This document shows positions 13,857 through 26,225 of a stretch of 64,000 nucleotides of DNA, one piece after another. A program made the translations under genes and the position numbers. The notes under the pieces are model-generated. The model did no database searches and was not told where the DNA came from. It saw only the letters and a program-made list of their open reading frames with translations. How positions within the stretch are numbered: position 1 is the first letter of the stretch; each line of letters opens with the position of its first letter. Origin of the DNA: Eledone cirrhosa (taxonomy: Eukaryota); contig OZ024743.1 in NCBI GenBank assembly GCA_964016885.1, positions 213,466,001-213,530,000 on the forward strand. The letters run 5' to 3'.

Positions 13857-15600
13857 TTACCGTACTTTTCGTAGAGGAAGGATGGTTTCTCCATCCCTTT
13901 TCACTTGATCGTCTGGTGAAGGGACCGTTGAATCGTCCCTTCGGCTGGTCGTCGGCTCTTCTATGAGTATGTCCGAATATACTCTCCCGTTGAGAGTCCC
14001 TCCTAGGTTTCTGAAATCACCAACTGCGTTGGGGAATTTCGTTTTAATGTTTGTGTATTGTTTCTGTGCTATTTTTACCAGTCTTATGTTCGTTGGCGTC
14101 TTGATTGGTGCTGGTATTATGTAGTCGTGCTGTGAAATGTCTGTGTGTTCAATTATGTAAGTCATTAGTTTCTTGTTGTGTGTATTTATTGCCGTGCATT
14201 TGTTTTTCTGGGGGTCGGGTATGGGTCTGCTATTTTCTTGTCGTTGTTGCTGGGTGTGTGTGTTTTGTTGTTGTGTTTGCGATGTTGGTGCTTGTGGTGG
14301 TGGTGTTGAAGGTGTTGTTGTTGTTGGCGGTGGGGTTGTCGCCGGTGGTGATGGTGGTGCTAGTGTGGGTGGTGATGGTGTTGGTGGTGTTGCTGCTGTG
14401 AGTCTCTTTGCAGTAGCCTTTACCCTTTTTTCATTTCTTTCCTCCCTTTTCGAAGGCGTCAATGCGCTGCTTCTGCGTGTGTGCCTTCTTACGACCTTTT
14501 GCAATCCCTCTCCCACCTCACACTCCATGTCTGATTCTGTGAGGTCGGGGAGGGGTACCAGCTCCACTCTTTCACTTGTTGTTGTTGGTGATGTTTGCAG
14601 TGGAGTCTCTGTTGCAGCTGCATTTGGTATTACTGTTGTTGTTGTTAATACTTCCACTGCTGCTACTTTTCTTGATTTCCGTGGTGTGGATATGGGTGCC
14701 ACGGACCTATCGTTCCTGGCTGCCGCTTGTCCTGTTGCTGGTAGCCGTGGAGCCGGTTTCGGAAGGAGGGGGGTTTTCTCCTTTCTCAGGGTCTTCTCAT
14801 TGCAGAAGGCTCTGAGGTGAGTCTTCGATCCAAAGCGAAAGCATTTCGGGCGTTTGCCCTCAACACTTATGGGCAGTTGAGTGCCGTTATCGAAGTCTAT
14901 CACATCTGGGATAGCTTCGATGCACTCCTGGTTGGTTTGGATTAACATCTCAATGGAGGTGCCGACCCAATCTTCTCTTACTTTTTTCTGTACTTGCAGT
15001 ACAGTTGTTTTGTCCTCGATTCCGACGAGGACAGACGCGGCCAGCCAAGAAAGGGCCATCCCGGGGGGGGGGGGGGACGTGGGTCAGTTTGACCCTCACA
15101 ATTTTTTGCCCGCAGTAGTAGGGGGCACCAACACCATTTCATCGCTCCTTAGGGTCACTAAGGATTGAGCCTTTGCCTCCTGGGGTGTGGCAAAAAGCAC
15201 GTCTACGGTGGCATATTTCTTGCCTCGGGTGATATGCATTTTCCGCTGCCACACAGACCCTAAGGCTTTTTTGTATTTGACCCTCTGTGGCTATATCAAC
15301 ACTACGGGATTTTGTGCTTACTGTACGGTACGTGACCGTACAGTGCTGTTGGGTTTCGAAAAGTTTTTCGGCTGCCTTGCAGATTGCTCGGTGTCCGGTT
15401 TTCGTCACCATCTTTTTCGCTTCCTCTAATTCCTCATTTGTTATGAAGATGGTTTCCAGGTTCTTTGCGATACCTGCAAACGAGATTGGTTTTTCTTTCT
15501 TGTTGTTGTTGTCGTCAGAGCTGCTGTTACTTTTGTTGTTGCTGCTGGTACTACGACTGCCGCCACCGCTGTTGCTGTGGTTGTTGTTGCTGGTGCTGCT

Positions 15601-15631
<31 letters not shown>

Positions 15632-16023
15632 TTGGTGTTGTTTATGCTGCTGCTGATGATGTTGCGGCTGCTACTATTGTTTTCCTTGTCACTGTTGCTG
15701 CTGTTGCTGTTATTACGGCTGCTACTGCTATTATTCATGACGTCAGACGAATGAAATGGCTTTCCGTATTTACCGCACACATTATTCGTCGTTGTCGTCG
15801 TCGTGGAGAAATGTTCCTCGGTTTGCACGTGCTCGAGGAAACTATCAGAAACTATATTTTTCTTTTTCTTTACTGGCGTCGCTTGCGAAAGAGAAGGGAG
15901 GGAGAGAGACACATTTAGAGAAGGGAGGAAGAGAGACAATCTTCTCTCTGATGTAGTGACGATTGAGGAAGAAGAAGACGGAATGAGTGGGAGTGACTTG
16001 TGAAAATTCTTTTTTGTAGCCAT
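13857..16023 (-). pseudogene. ORF1 of copy 1: gag-like nucleic-acid-binding protein
   Basis: N/S-rich N-terminus, knuckle KCFRFGSKTHLRAFC (second C mutated), P/T-rich linker. Frameshifts at homopolymers near 15270 and 15070. Confidence 0.85.
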
Positions 16024-16238
16024 GTTTTTTTTGGGTTTAAAATGAATATTGGGCACAAAACCCCAATAATCGGTTATTTAACCCCGAAGGGCCAAATAAC
16101 GGACAGAAAGACCCCTCTCACGAGGAGGAGGGTGTTTTTATCTACAATTTGGTTAAAGTTTTAAACAATTTACAATTGTTATAGCGGTTAAAAATTACAG
16201 TACCTTACAGAGCCGAGCCTCCCTCAACCATGGCATTC

Positions 16239-16284
<46 letters not shown>

Positions 16285-18131
16285 GTGCATCTAATGTAAA
16301 ATATATATAATGACATTTAAAGGAAGTTTATTTATTTTGCAAAATTTAAAATGGGATTTATAAAAAAAAAACTATTTTATTTCTTTCCTCTCGTAAATTT
16401 ATGTATCGCAATCTTTTAATTGCATTGTCGGAGTTTGTACAAAAGGGAAGAAGGAAAAATAAAATAATAAAATAAAAGATAGAAATAAAGAATTTTAAGA
16501 ATTTGTTCTCTTATCTTTGTTAAAGCTGGATTTTAAATCTACTAAAATTAGGCAAAATACACTCTAAAGTAATGTCCTCGACATTTTGAGTTTCTTGTGA
16601 GCTAAAATTATAGATAAAATAAAATAACAATTCAGATTTACATCCTGTAGAATTTTGAAAAGATATTCACAAAGAAAATCTCCTTCAGATTTTCCATTTA
16701 TAATGAGCACCGTTATCACATTAACACAAATAATGAAAAAGAGCCTTGCTTTTCTTACAATTATTAAAATGCATTTCAAAACTTTCATATTCTAGTTTGC
16801 TTTTGTATTTAGTGAAATTTCACTGCATTCAAAACTATTTATTCTGAGCCCTACATAAATTCTGAAATTTTAGAGTTGGTAAGTGGATAAATTATCAAAC
16901 TATCTCTTCATGAGTTAAAATCCGCTACTGAAGTATTATTATGTTGCTCGGTAGAACACATCAGTCTATATTTAACTCATCAAGCTTTCGTCAAATCAAT
17001 CTAGTTTAGCCCCAAATTATATTTCATATTTCGTCCTGTTTTCTCCTGCCATGGGATTCAAACTGTAGTTTTGAGTACGGGGTAACAATTTCACAATTGA
17101 CTCGCCCTGCACAGATTCTTCACCAATAAGTTCATATCATGGTTTTTTAAGACGCTTTCGCATAATCCTTTAGCATCTTCCACATCTGGTGTTTCTGCGA
17201 TAGGGAAAACAGCCGTGCAACAATGGTAATAATGTCAAATATTTAAGAATGTTATTAAAGAATGCATCTTATTCAAATGTCTTGATCAATCCCAAATTTG
17301 ATGTTGAAATTAATTAAACCCACAACCAAAATTGTTTGGGACAAATTCATATCACACCTGCCCTTTTGAATTATCTCCCAGAATAACAATAATAAAAATA
17401 AGAATTAAAATTCAGATATTTAAAAAATTAAAGAAAAATATGCGCCAAAATTAGAAAGGAAATAAAAACAATAAGAAGAAAGAAGTGGCATTAATTTCAT
17501 TGTGAATTCCTTACCATTTCTGTTACATAATGTGAAAACATATTTGACCTAAGGTTAAGCAAATGTTTAAAGATAAAAGGAAAAACTAATTAATTTCTAA
17601 ATTCAAGGTTCTTATTTAAATGTGATTTTACACAAGAGATTAATGTTTTTATCATTAACTATTATAATCTCGATTTAAAGTGCTACACAAATTACAATTA
17701 GAGTTCTACACAAATTACAACCTTCATCCATGGGAACTTAAAGCCTGGTGGTGCCGTATGTCCACCGTTGGGGATTTTAAACCTGGCAGAGACTATCCCT
17801 CACCATTCCTGAAAAAGAGAGAGCGATAGAAACAGAGGGAGCATCGATCTCAGTACTGGAATGGTACTTTATTTATCAATCTCAAAATGTTGAAAGGCAA
17901 GATTTAAACTTAGAGCGCAAAGAGCCAACATGAATAAAGTAAATCATTTTATTTGTTATAACGACTCTATTACTTCGCCTCTTAAAATACATCCTATTAT
18001 ATTGAAACAGGAAATACACTTTGGCTAATGCAGTCCTAGGTACGCAGTGAGTGAAAAGATGGGATGGTCTGATTTGGAACGCCATGTAGCATAGGTCATG
18101 TTCAATCGGGTTTGACCTGGTGCTAAACAAT

Positions 18132-18310
18132 AATTGTTTCTACTTTAGGCACAAGGCCAGCAATTATCCAGTGCATTACTGGTACTTTATTTTATCGACC
18201 CCGTAAGGATGAAAGGCAAAGTCAACCTCGGCGGGATTTGAACTCAGATCGTAAAGGGACGTAACTATGCTGGAAAGCATGGCGTCCGACCCTCTACCGA
18301 TACTGCCAAT
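18132..18310 (-). mobile_element. tRNA-derived SINE
   Basis: A-box TGGCAGTATCGG, B-box GAGTTCAAATCC, core GCCTTTCATCCTTACGGGGTCGATAAAATAAAGTACCAG, tail GGCCTTGTGCC...AGTAGAAAC. Multiple copies in the window. Confidence 0.88.
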
Positions 18311-19244
18311 AACAATAATAACTACCAATATCTGATATAAATAAAGTTTTTGTGCCTATGTGTGTGAACGTATTTCTATTCTATTTCGTTTTCCGTATCA
18401 TATATTTCACTTTTTTCTCTAACGCGTGATTCTATTACTTTTTTCGTTTTTCATGTAACTCATTTCGTTTTTCATAATACCAGTACCGCATACCTCGAAA
18501 TAATAACTTGACAAAAATAAAAAAAAGCAAAATTATAGAACAACAACAACGACCATGACGACAAAACTTTTCTTTATTGTGGCTAGTAATCATTGATAAC
18601 ATTATTGGACCCCACCGCTTCAGTAGTTTCTGAGACACCAAAGCGGACACTAAAGCTATCAATTGAGCAAACAACCTGGAAAAAAGGAGGCACCTATTCT
18701 TTGTGTGAGTGTGTATGCATCCGTCTATGTAAATGTGTTTGTGTGTTTGTGAATATGTGTGTGTGTGTGTGCGTGCGTTTATGTGTGTCTGTGTGTTTTT
18801 GGATATGTTCAATGCAAAGGAATGATGGTAGTGGTACACTTTGAACGTAGAAAGTGATTAATGATGCAATGAAAAAAGGAAACTGAATGAATAGAAATAA
18901 GAAGACTATCGCCAGAATGGAACAAAGAAGCAAAAGGAATAAAAAGAGTGAATAAATTGAGAAGAGACTCTATAAAGAAAGAATAAAGACTGATAAAACA
19001 AAAGTAAGAAAGGAATATATAATAAAAAAATAACAAAATTAAAATGAATGTAATAAAGAAAAAAGAGAAATAAAGTGAAAATAAATAGAGGGGAAATGAC
19101 AGAAATTGGAGAGAAAAATGATGGCTTATTATTGCTATTTTCAAAAGTTCTCTGAATATTCCGCAACATCTATTTTTCTTCATAAACGTGAAAAGAAAGA
19201 GAGTAACTTTTTTAGAGATTGCTAGATTAAACTAGCTGGAATTG

Positions 19245-19247
<3 letters not shown>

Positions 19248-19291
<44 letters not shown>

Positions 19292-19302
19292 GAGAGAGAG
19301 AG
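19248..19302. repeat. (GA)n microsatellite
   Basis: Direct reading of the sequence. Confidence 0.95.
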
Positions 19303-20429
19303 ATATGAATATATAGAAAGAGAGGGGAAATTATAGAGAGTAAAATATATAGTGAAGTAAAAGATGTAAGATATTGGAAATAGGATTATGTGATAAAGTA
19401 TTTAAAGTGTTGGCTGGAAAGAAAGTGGCAATTGTCTCACACCATAGAAGATTAACAACAATAAATTGACATGTGCCTCCCGTCTACTTAATTTGGCCAG
19501 CCAAAACTGTTATCCGCTAATGTATACTTTAGATTAACGCCACTACTGGTTCAAATAGTTGTGATGGAATGTAGAACTACATGTATAAATGTAGTCAGTT
19601 GAGTTTGCAGAGCGCCTATATCGTATCGTTGATAGGAGTGTGCTCCTGCTTTGTCAGTATTAGATTTGATTACTAGTTTTTACGTTATCATCTCTAAAGA
19701 GAGCACGTGATATATTTTCAATCGTAGTATTGTGATTTAGACTTTCTTTGATTTCACCAGCTTGAGTACGTTCAGAACCACACATACTGTCTCACGTAGA
19801 CTGCTTCCACATCTGCTGATCTACACAATAAGTCATAACAGTGGTGAGGGTTTTTGTAATTAGTGAAAGAGAAGACTCATTTAACCATGTGTGTGCACTA
19901 GAATGAATGTATATTCTAACACAATGTAATGAGCCAAGAAATTTTAATTATCTCAAATTTACCCAGCGTAAAGAGAAAAATACAATTTTAATAACTAAGT
20001 CTGATCAAGAATGGTACGGGAGACAACAATAGAAATTAGATAACTTAAGATTAATTAAATGTATAATTCAGTGGGCCGTGAGCTAGATATACAACAGTAT
20101 AGTGGCATCACTACTGAAGCGTAGTCACGCTGGGAATACAAAATGACTAGAGATAATGTAGGATTAAAGTGAGGAACACTGAGTGACGTGAAAACTTAAA
20201 GTAATTACTGGGAGAAAATACAAGAGAATATATATAGGAATATATCTATAGACTTGTCTCCAAACAAATTTGACATTAAAATACATGAGTGGAAAATACG
20301 AATTTTACAAAAACAATAGAAAAAAATACGATTTCGATTTAATTGGGTTCTATCTAGCTTCTGCATCTCACTCCACGTAGATCCAGACATATGTTCTCAT
20401 ATAGATTTAATATTTATACCTGGAGCAAC

Positions 20430-21180
20430 TCTCTGAACTCCGAGGTATCAAGAAATGTTACTCGAGAGACTCTTCAGAAGAACCCAACTTCTTGCACTTA
20501 ATTCAACCTCATGGTTTACATCATTCGTGAACCGGCCCCTAGACACTTGAACCCCTCCACCTGTTTCAGTCGAACTCTATTCACATGTAGAGGGCACTGC
20601 GCAGACTTTCTTGAGATGACGAGTGTCTTAGTCTTCCAGCACTGATTTTAATTCCAGCCATGCAGCACCCGGCATCAAACCAATCCAGTGCATCTCAATC
20701 ACCTGACGTGTTAATTAATACCGTGTTTTTTGAAAATCCCAGACAACTGACCCTACATCTGCCAGTCGTAATATCACTTCCATCTCGGCTGCGTATATCA
20801 ATTCTGTTCATGAAAACAATGAACAGGAGAGGTGACAGTATGCATCCTTGGCCTTTTCCGATTCTCACATTGAATGTCAAAGTGATGTAGGGAGATTGTC
20901 TAGTTCAAGCTAGCTGATGAAAAGTGTGGTTTTCATTCGGAGGTAGCACAGCTGACCAAATATTTACATCGCAGCAAGTATTTGAACATTTGTGGGAGTA
21001 TTGCCAAAGGGTGTATTCTTGCTTTGTAGATCCCGAAAATGCACATGACCGCGTTCCACGGGACTTGCTGTTTTTCAGGAATAGGAGCCTATGACAAGTT
21101 TCTTTAAATCCTGAAATCTGTTTACGAAGGCCCGAATATTTGTGTTGGAGTAAATGGTGTTAAATCGATACCATCCCCAC
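20430..21180. mobile_element. RTE-clade LINE RT fragment with internal inversion
   Basis: Minus strand 20430-20880 gives FNVRIGKGQGCILSPLLFIVFM. Plus strand 20890-21180 gives the preceding RT segment (STADQIF...FVDPENAHDRVPRDLL...VNGVKS). Confidence 0.7.
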
Positions 21181-21628
21181 TGACAATTTATCAGTAAACC
21201 TGGGGCTACAGTAGAAGACATTTATCGAAGTTGCCGCCCGGAAATAAAGCGAAATTTGGGGTGATACAATCATGTATGTGGCGACATGCGGCATGAAAAT
21301 GTTAGAGCCCATCCATTGCATTACACTATATTATTACGTCACTAATTTTAGGAACTTCTACCACATAGTGGTGTGTTACTTGGAAATAAATATATACATT
21401 TGTTTTAAAGACATGGGTAAGAGTTGACTCTATGAACATATATATATATATATGATAGCTATGCAGGTATGCACGAGCATACGCCGTTTTGAGTACCCAA
21501 GTTTCCATTCACATTTATTTTAACTTCAGATTAATGTTACTGCTTTCTGAGCAACTACGCAAGCTCTTTCAAAATAGAACTCCCCATCTAAACCTTAGAT
21601 TATATACATTGCATTATATTATATATTG

Positions 21629-21818
21629 GGCGATGGATTGGCAGTATCGGTAGAGGGTCGGACGACATGCTTTGACGCGTAGAGTTATGGCCCTTGCTAT
21701 TCTGAGTTCAAAGCCCGCCGAGGTTAACTTTGCCTTTCATCCTTACGGGGTCGATAAAATAAAGTACCAGTAATACACAGGGTAATTGCTGGCCTTGTGC
21801 CAAAAGTAGAAACAATTA
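21629..21818 (+). mobile_element. tRNA-derived SINE with TSD
   Basis: Same family as 18132. Flanking duplication ATTATATTATATAT. Confidence 0.9.
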
Positions 21819-22132
21819 TATTATATATCACATATATCATATATCTTTATAATTCTTGCACTCCACAACTTCCCCATCCCATTTCTTAACCTACATACCT
21901 TAAGAAACCACAGACCTGAAGACTTGGTGTAACTCCTTTACACTAAGCATTAAGTTTTGAAAATCTCAATACCGGAAATAATTGCTATTCTTGCTGTTTA
22001 CAGAGTCCAAAGCTGAAACTAACGTGGCTGGCGATACATGTTGCTGCTAGGATGCACAGCAGCTGTCTATATCATTAACTGATCAATCTCTTAAACTACT
22101 ACGTCTATAAATTTCGACTAAAACCCTATATA

Positions 22133-22318
22133 TAATTGTTTCTACATTTGGCACAAGGCCAGCACTTATCCGAGTGCATTACTGGTGCTTTATTTTATCG
22201 ACCCCCTAAGAATGAAAGGCAAAGTTAACTTAGGCGGGATTTAAAATCAGACCGTAAGGGCCGTAACTCTATGCTGCAAAACATGACGTCCGACCCTTCA
22301 CCGATACTACCAATCCAC
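22133..22318 (-). mobile_element. tRNA-derived SINE
   Basis: Same family. Tail-to-tail with the 21629 copy. Confidence 0.87.
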
Positions 22319-22373
22319 AATCCTATATATAGAACGACACACATTCTCTCTCTCTCTATATATATATATATCT

Positions 22374-22483
<110 letters not shown>

Positions 22484-23664
22484 ACACACACACGTATAAA
22501 TATCACGTCACTTCCTTATCGCTCACAAAATAAATGACCAACAATAGTATATTCGGTTTTACTGACAGGAAATTAGACATTAACGATTAGTGGCTCTGGC
22601 ATAATTATCTTGTCATTGTTTCAATCCTTTTAAACATATTGTGATATAGTTTTAATACTAAAACAACAAAAATCATCTTGTTCAAATTTACACTACTTGT
22701 TGCGTACTGCAACAAATAAACACTCCTTTCTGGTAGAATTCATTGAATTAAGATTTGCGTTATTGATCTTCCATAAATGTTGAATAGGTCTGATATTTGG
22801 ATAACGTCCAGACCCAAAACAACATCTCAATTTCATGATCTAAAAAAAAAAAAAGATGTATATTTGATTCTTCTGGCAGAAAATGCGAGGACATTATTAT
22901 GTTGGAATGTTGCCATTATGGAATGAAATATATTATTGTCTACACGGAAGACGCACTTGTAAATATATTCTTAAGATATACAGCGACAATTTCATTGGAG
23001 AAAATGAATGAGAAAACGTCTTGAATGGGTGAAAGATAACTATATTTTCACTGTATCACTTCTTAATCATTTTGTTGTGACATGTGAGCAAAGGTATTCC
23101 CTGTCTAGACATGAACTATCTAGGATTACATTTCACAATATATCCATCTTTACACTGGTGGCAAGTAAGGTAAACAAGCGTTTTCTGGTATTTCAAGCAA
23201 ATCTAAAGACTAGCTAGTAAGTTTTGATAATCTATGATAATCTATTTTATATAAGTATATAATATATTGATAGAAAGAGAAAATGGGGACTTTCAGTCGA
23301 AGGAAATATTTCATATGTTCATTATCTTTTATGTTTGACTTAATGTTTTACAATTTTAAAGAGATCTGTAAATTATTAGTGTATTTAAATTTCCCGAGTT
23401 TATATGTCATATGCAAAGGAGTGTATATAATTTATATAATCTGCAATACAAAAATGCCACAAAAGCTTACAGTGCTTACACATTTCGGTAAAATACGATG
23501 TTAAAAAGAAACGAATATATAAACATCCAGTGGGTGAGATTTCCGAATGTATCATGATTATCTAAATATAAGGTCTATTAATTTGAATTTATTAATATCT
23601 TTTAAGTTGTCAAGTTGTATGTGGATGATTGATTGCATAAACAATATTATATATATATATATCT

Positions 23665-24495
23665 CGTTTGTCCGCTAATGAGCAGATATTCGACGAACAT
23701 GCGCCTCATTACAACCAGGCTCTCGAGCGGAGTGGTTTCCGGGAGGAAATATCCTTCTATCCAGCTTCCCTTAGCGGAACCAGCAGGCGACACCACCGCT
23801 CACGCAACGTAACGTGGTTCAATCCTCCCCACAATGCCAAGGTGGCAACACCTATCGGGAAAATCTTCTTTAGGCTCCTCGAAACACATTTTCCACCATA
23901 ACACCGCTATCACAACATAATAAACAAAAACACTATCAAGCTATCCTACAGCACCACACCTAACTTCGCACAAAACATCGTCTCCTCAAACAACAAAAAA
24001 CTCAACCTCTATGGAAGAAACAACCTAGAAATTAGTGGAGAGCCGACCAGGAACTGTAAGTGCCCTGATAGATCTACCTGCCCCCTCAACAACAGATGCC
24101 GAGAACGTAACGTGATCTACCAGTGCAACGTGAGGACGGACACCTCCAACAAAGCTTATATAGGATTAACCGCTTATGACTTTAAGACCCGGCTCTACCA
24201 ACACTGACATACGTTCGGAAACCCGGTCCGGCGACATGCCACCACACTTTCGGGCCATATCTGGAACCACCAAGATAATAATATAACTTACCATCTTACT
24301 TGGAGCTTACTTTTCAGAGCCAACTCTTACACGGGAAGACGCCGTCCCTGTAACTTATGCTCGAAGGAAACATTACAAATGCTGTTTACGAAGGATCAAC
24401 TCCTAAACAAAAATGACGAACTGGTAACTGCATGCAAACACAGATTGCGGAAGACTTACCTCGCCCTCAAACATCCTAACGATCCGGGTGGGTAG
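23665..24495 (+). pseudogene. Penelope-like RT thumb/linker + GIY-YIG endonuclease
   Basis: One frame with two stops: WFNPP...IGKIFFRLLETHFPP*H...NKNTIKLSYS...CKC...CPLNNRC..NVIYQC...AYIGLT...FKTRLYQH*...CNLC...LLNKNDELVTACKH. Confidence 0.9.
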
Positions 24496-25279
24496 ACTAT
24501 GGCTGAAACACTCCACTTGCCGAATAAGATAGGGAAAACCCCTACTTATATAGGTAGATGTACCTCTTTCTTTTTCCTCTATGTTTTTTCTTTCCCTTTG
24601 TCTCCTATCACTTCTTTCCACCACCGAATTTCTTCCTCGTTCGTTTCTTTGTGTTTTCTTCCCCTTTCGCCTACCCCGAGGCAGCCCATCGGGCGTATTT
24701 AGCCTCAGTACCCCCACCCCAGTAACTTACAGATAGCATTCGCCGATTACGCTATACTAACTATTTATAGCAGCTGTGATAGACTCCAGAGATGTGGTAT
24801 TCATTTTTAATTCTAAATTTTCAATAATTCTCGTCTAGCAACTCATTCTATAGCTTAGGCCGAAATACAGCACCAACTAAATACAGCAGCTGTGTTAGAC
24901 TCTTAGTTTTATTTCACTTCTCACTTTCCAATCTTACATTCTGATACATCTTTCTCTCATTTTTTATTACATTCTCTTTTATTATATTTTTTCATTGTCC
25001 CCTAGTCGCATTTGATTTACTATTTCTATAACGTCCCTCCTACACTTTCTAAATAAAACCTTTTTTCGCCAACCTCCACTGGCCTACTTTCATACACATT
25101 CCTTAGAATTTGCCGTGTAGATTTCACCTTCTACGCTTGACCGGCTCTATCCACTCCAATATCGTTCTACAGACAAGTTCAACCATCCCCACCTCGCACA
25201 CACTGCCATGATAGACTTTTCTGTGTCTGCTACACATTTTGACCAATCCTCTTGACTACTACAATGTTCCCATATAAGT

Positions 25280-25379
25280 ACCTCTTGAAAAGTTCGGCTA
25301 TTTATTTACCAGGCTAAAAAAAACTCTTACATTAGTCCAGAAATAGCCGTCGAAACGGCTTGAGCTCTGCCGACGGGGT
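25280..25379 (+). ncRNA. Type I hammerhead ribozyme motif, U3:A8 variant (cleavage triplet mutated in this copy)
   Basis: ACCTC-TTGAAAA-GTTCGGCTATTT...AAATAGCCGTC-GAAA-CGGC(ttgagctct)GCCG-AC-GGGGT. Sibling copies at 36741 and ~37100 have GTC. Confidence 0.7.
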
Positions 25380-25390
25380 CAATCATTTTC

Positions 25391-25460
<70 letters not shown>

Positions 25461-25466
<6 letters not shown>

Positions 25467-25865
25467 ATAAATGTAAGCTATCGCCGTATTTTGACTAAAG
25501 AAATTAAAGAAATTATTTAGACTGATAGTGGGGTTAAGAACCCTCGGAGAAATGGAAAAAGATGAGTATTGACGTACATGGGAGTCGAACCCACATCTTT
25601 GATTATCCAGACCACTGTGCTACCATTTACACCAACACATCACATTTAGGTGATGTGTTGGTGTAAATGGTAGCACAGTGGTCTGGATAACCAAAGATGT
25701 GGGTTCGACTCCCATGTACGTCAATACTCATCTTTTTCCATTTCTCCGAGGGTTCTTAACCCCACTATCAGGCTAAATAATTTCTTTAATTTCTTTAGTC
25801 AAAATACGGCGATAGCTTACATTTATAATAATTTCAAACCCGCTCGCTGTTTCGAAAAATATTCT

Positions 25866-25868
<3 letters not shown>
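25461..25868. repeat. Fold-back element: 183-bp arms (25461-25643 / 25650-25832) plus 36-nt tail, in (TA)n
   Basis: The arms are reverse complements with 2 mismatches around a 6-nt loop ATTTAG. Confidence 0.95.
25652..25723 (+). tRNA. tRNA-like cloverleaf (anticodon GGA; likely SINE head or pseudo-tRNA); inverted copy at 25570-25641
   Basis: GATGTGT TG GTGT-AAATGGTA-GCAC A GTGGT-CTGGATA-ACCAA AGAT GTGGG-TTCGACT-CCCAT GTACGTC A. 72 nt with A/B boxes. Three G-U pairs in the acceptor stem, and the short variable loop is atypical for Ser. Confidence 0.6.
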
Positions 25869-25900
<32 letters not shown>

Positions 25901-26135
25901 ATATTTAGAAACACACAGATACATGCGAACACACACATATATATGAATGCATCCACATCCAACCGTGAGTCAATGGTGCCAACCCTACCGATGTTGCTCA
26001 ATGAATGACTGGGACAGACCAATCCGGTTGAACCAGACTGAACCAGTATCAGAGTTAAAAATACATTATGAAGAGAGAAGGAACATTTAGATATAATTAG
26101 TAATAAAATGTATCATACCTAAACTGCTCCTAGAT

Positions 26136-26225
26136 TCCTCGACTACGTAGTTTCGTGGCATAAACAAAAACAGTACATCATAAAGATATAGAGCCTTTGC
26201 GAGGTCTGCCGACTTATCAAGAGGA
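26136..26225 (-). ncRNA. Type I hammerhead motif, U3:A8 variant
   Basis: TCCTC-TTGATAA-GTcGGCA...TGCCAC-GAAA-CTACGTAG-TC-GAGGA. Confidence 0.78.

Larger units (their letters stand above)
10215..16238 (-). mobile_element. Tx1/L1-type non-LTR retrotransposon copy 1 (full length, disrupted) inserted in (AAT)n
   Basis: ORF1 plus ORF2. The 3' AATAAA is followed by an (ATT/ATC)n tract at 10162-10214. The 5' end GAATGCCATGGTTGA abuts (AAT)n at 16239-16283. Confidence 0.93.
23663..25393 (+). mobile_element. 5'-truncated Penelope-like element (GIY-YIG) in (TA)n
   Basis: GIY-YIG coding remnant plus ~900-nt 3' region ending in a hammerhead motif. TA runs on both sides. Confidence 0.88.

Noticed and set aside
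15063-15077. Poly-G run breaking ORF1 in copies 1 and 2 (45554-45567) as a programmed frameshift
   Set aside because: Run length differs between copies, and copy 4 is open across the equivalent position. Slippage or sequencing error is more likely.
14105-15956. Plus-strand ORFs rich in V, L, C and G (also at 45043-46287, 51823-53561, 57686-59248)
   Set aside because: Antisense shadows of low-complexity ORF1 regions.
24205-24207. In-frame TGA in the GIY-YIG domain as selenocysteine
   Set aside because: It is not at a Cys position, CGA-to-TGA decay explains it, and the same frame also has a TAA stop.
25652-25723. Functional tRNA-Ser(GGA) gene
   Set aside because: It lacks the long variable arm, has a weak acceptor stem and sits in a fold-back repeat, so it is treated as tRNA-derived.
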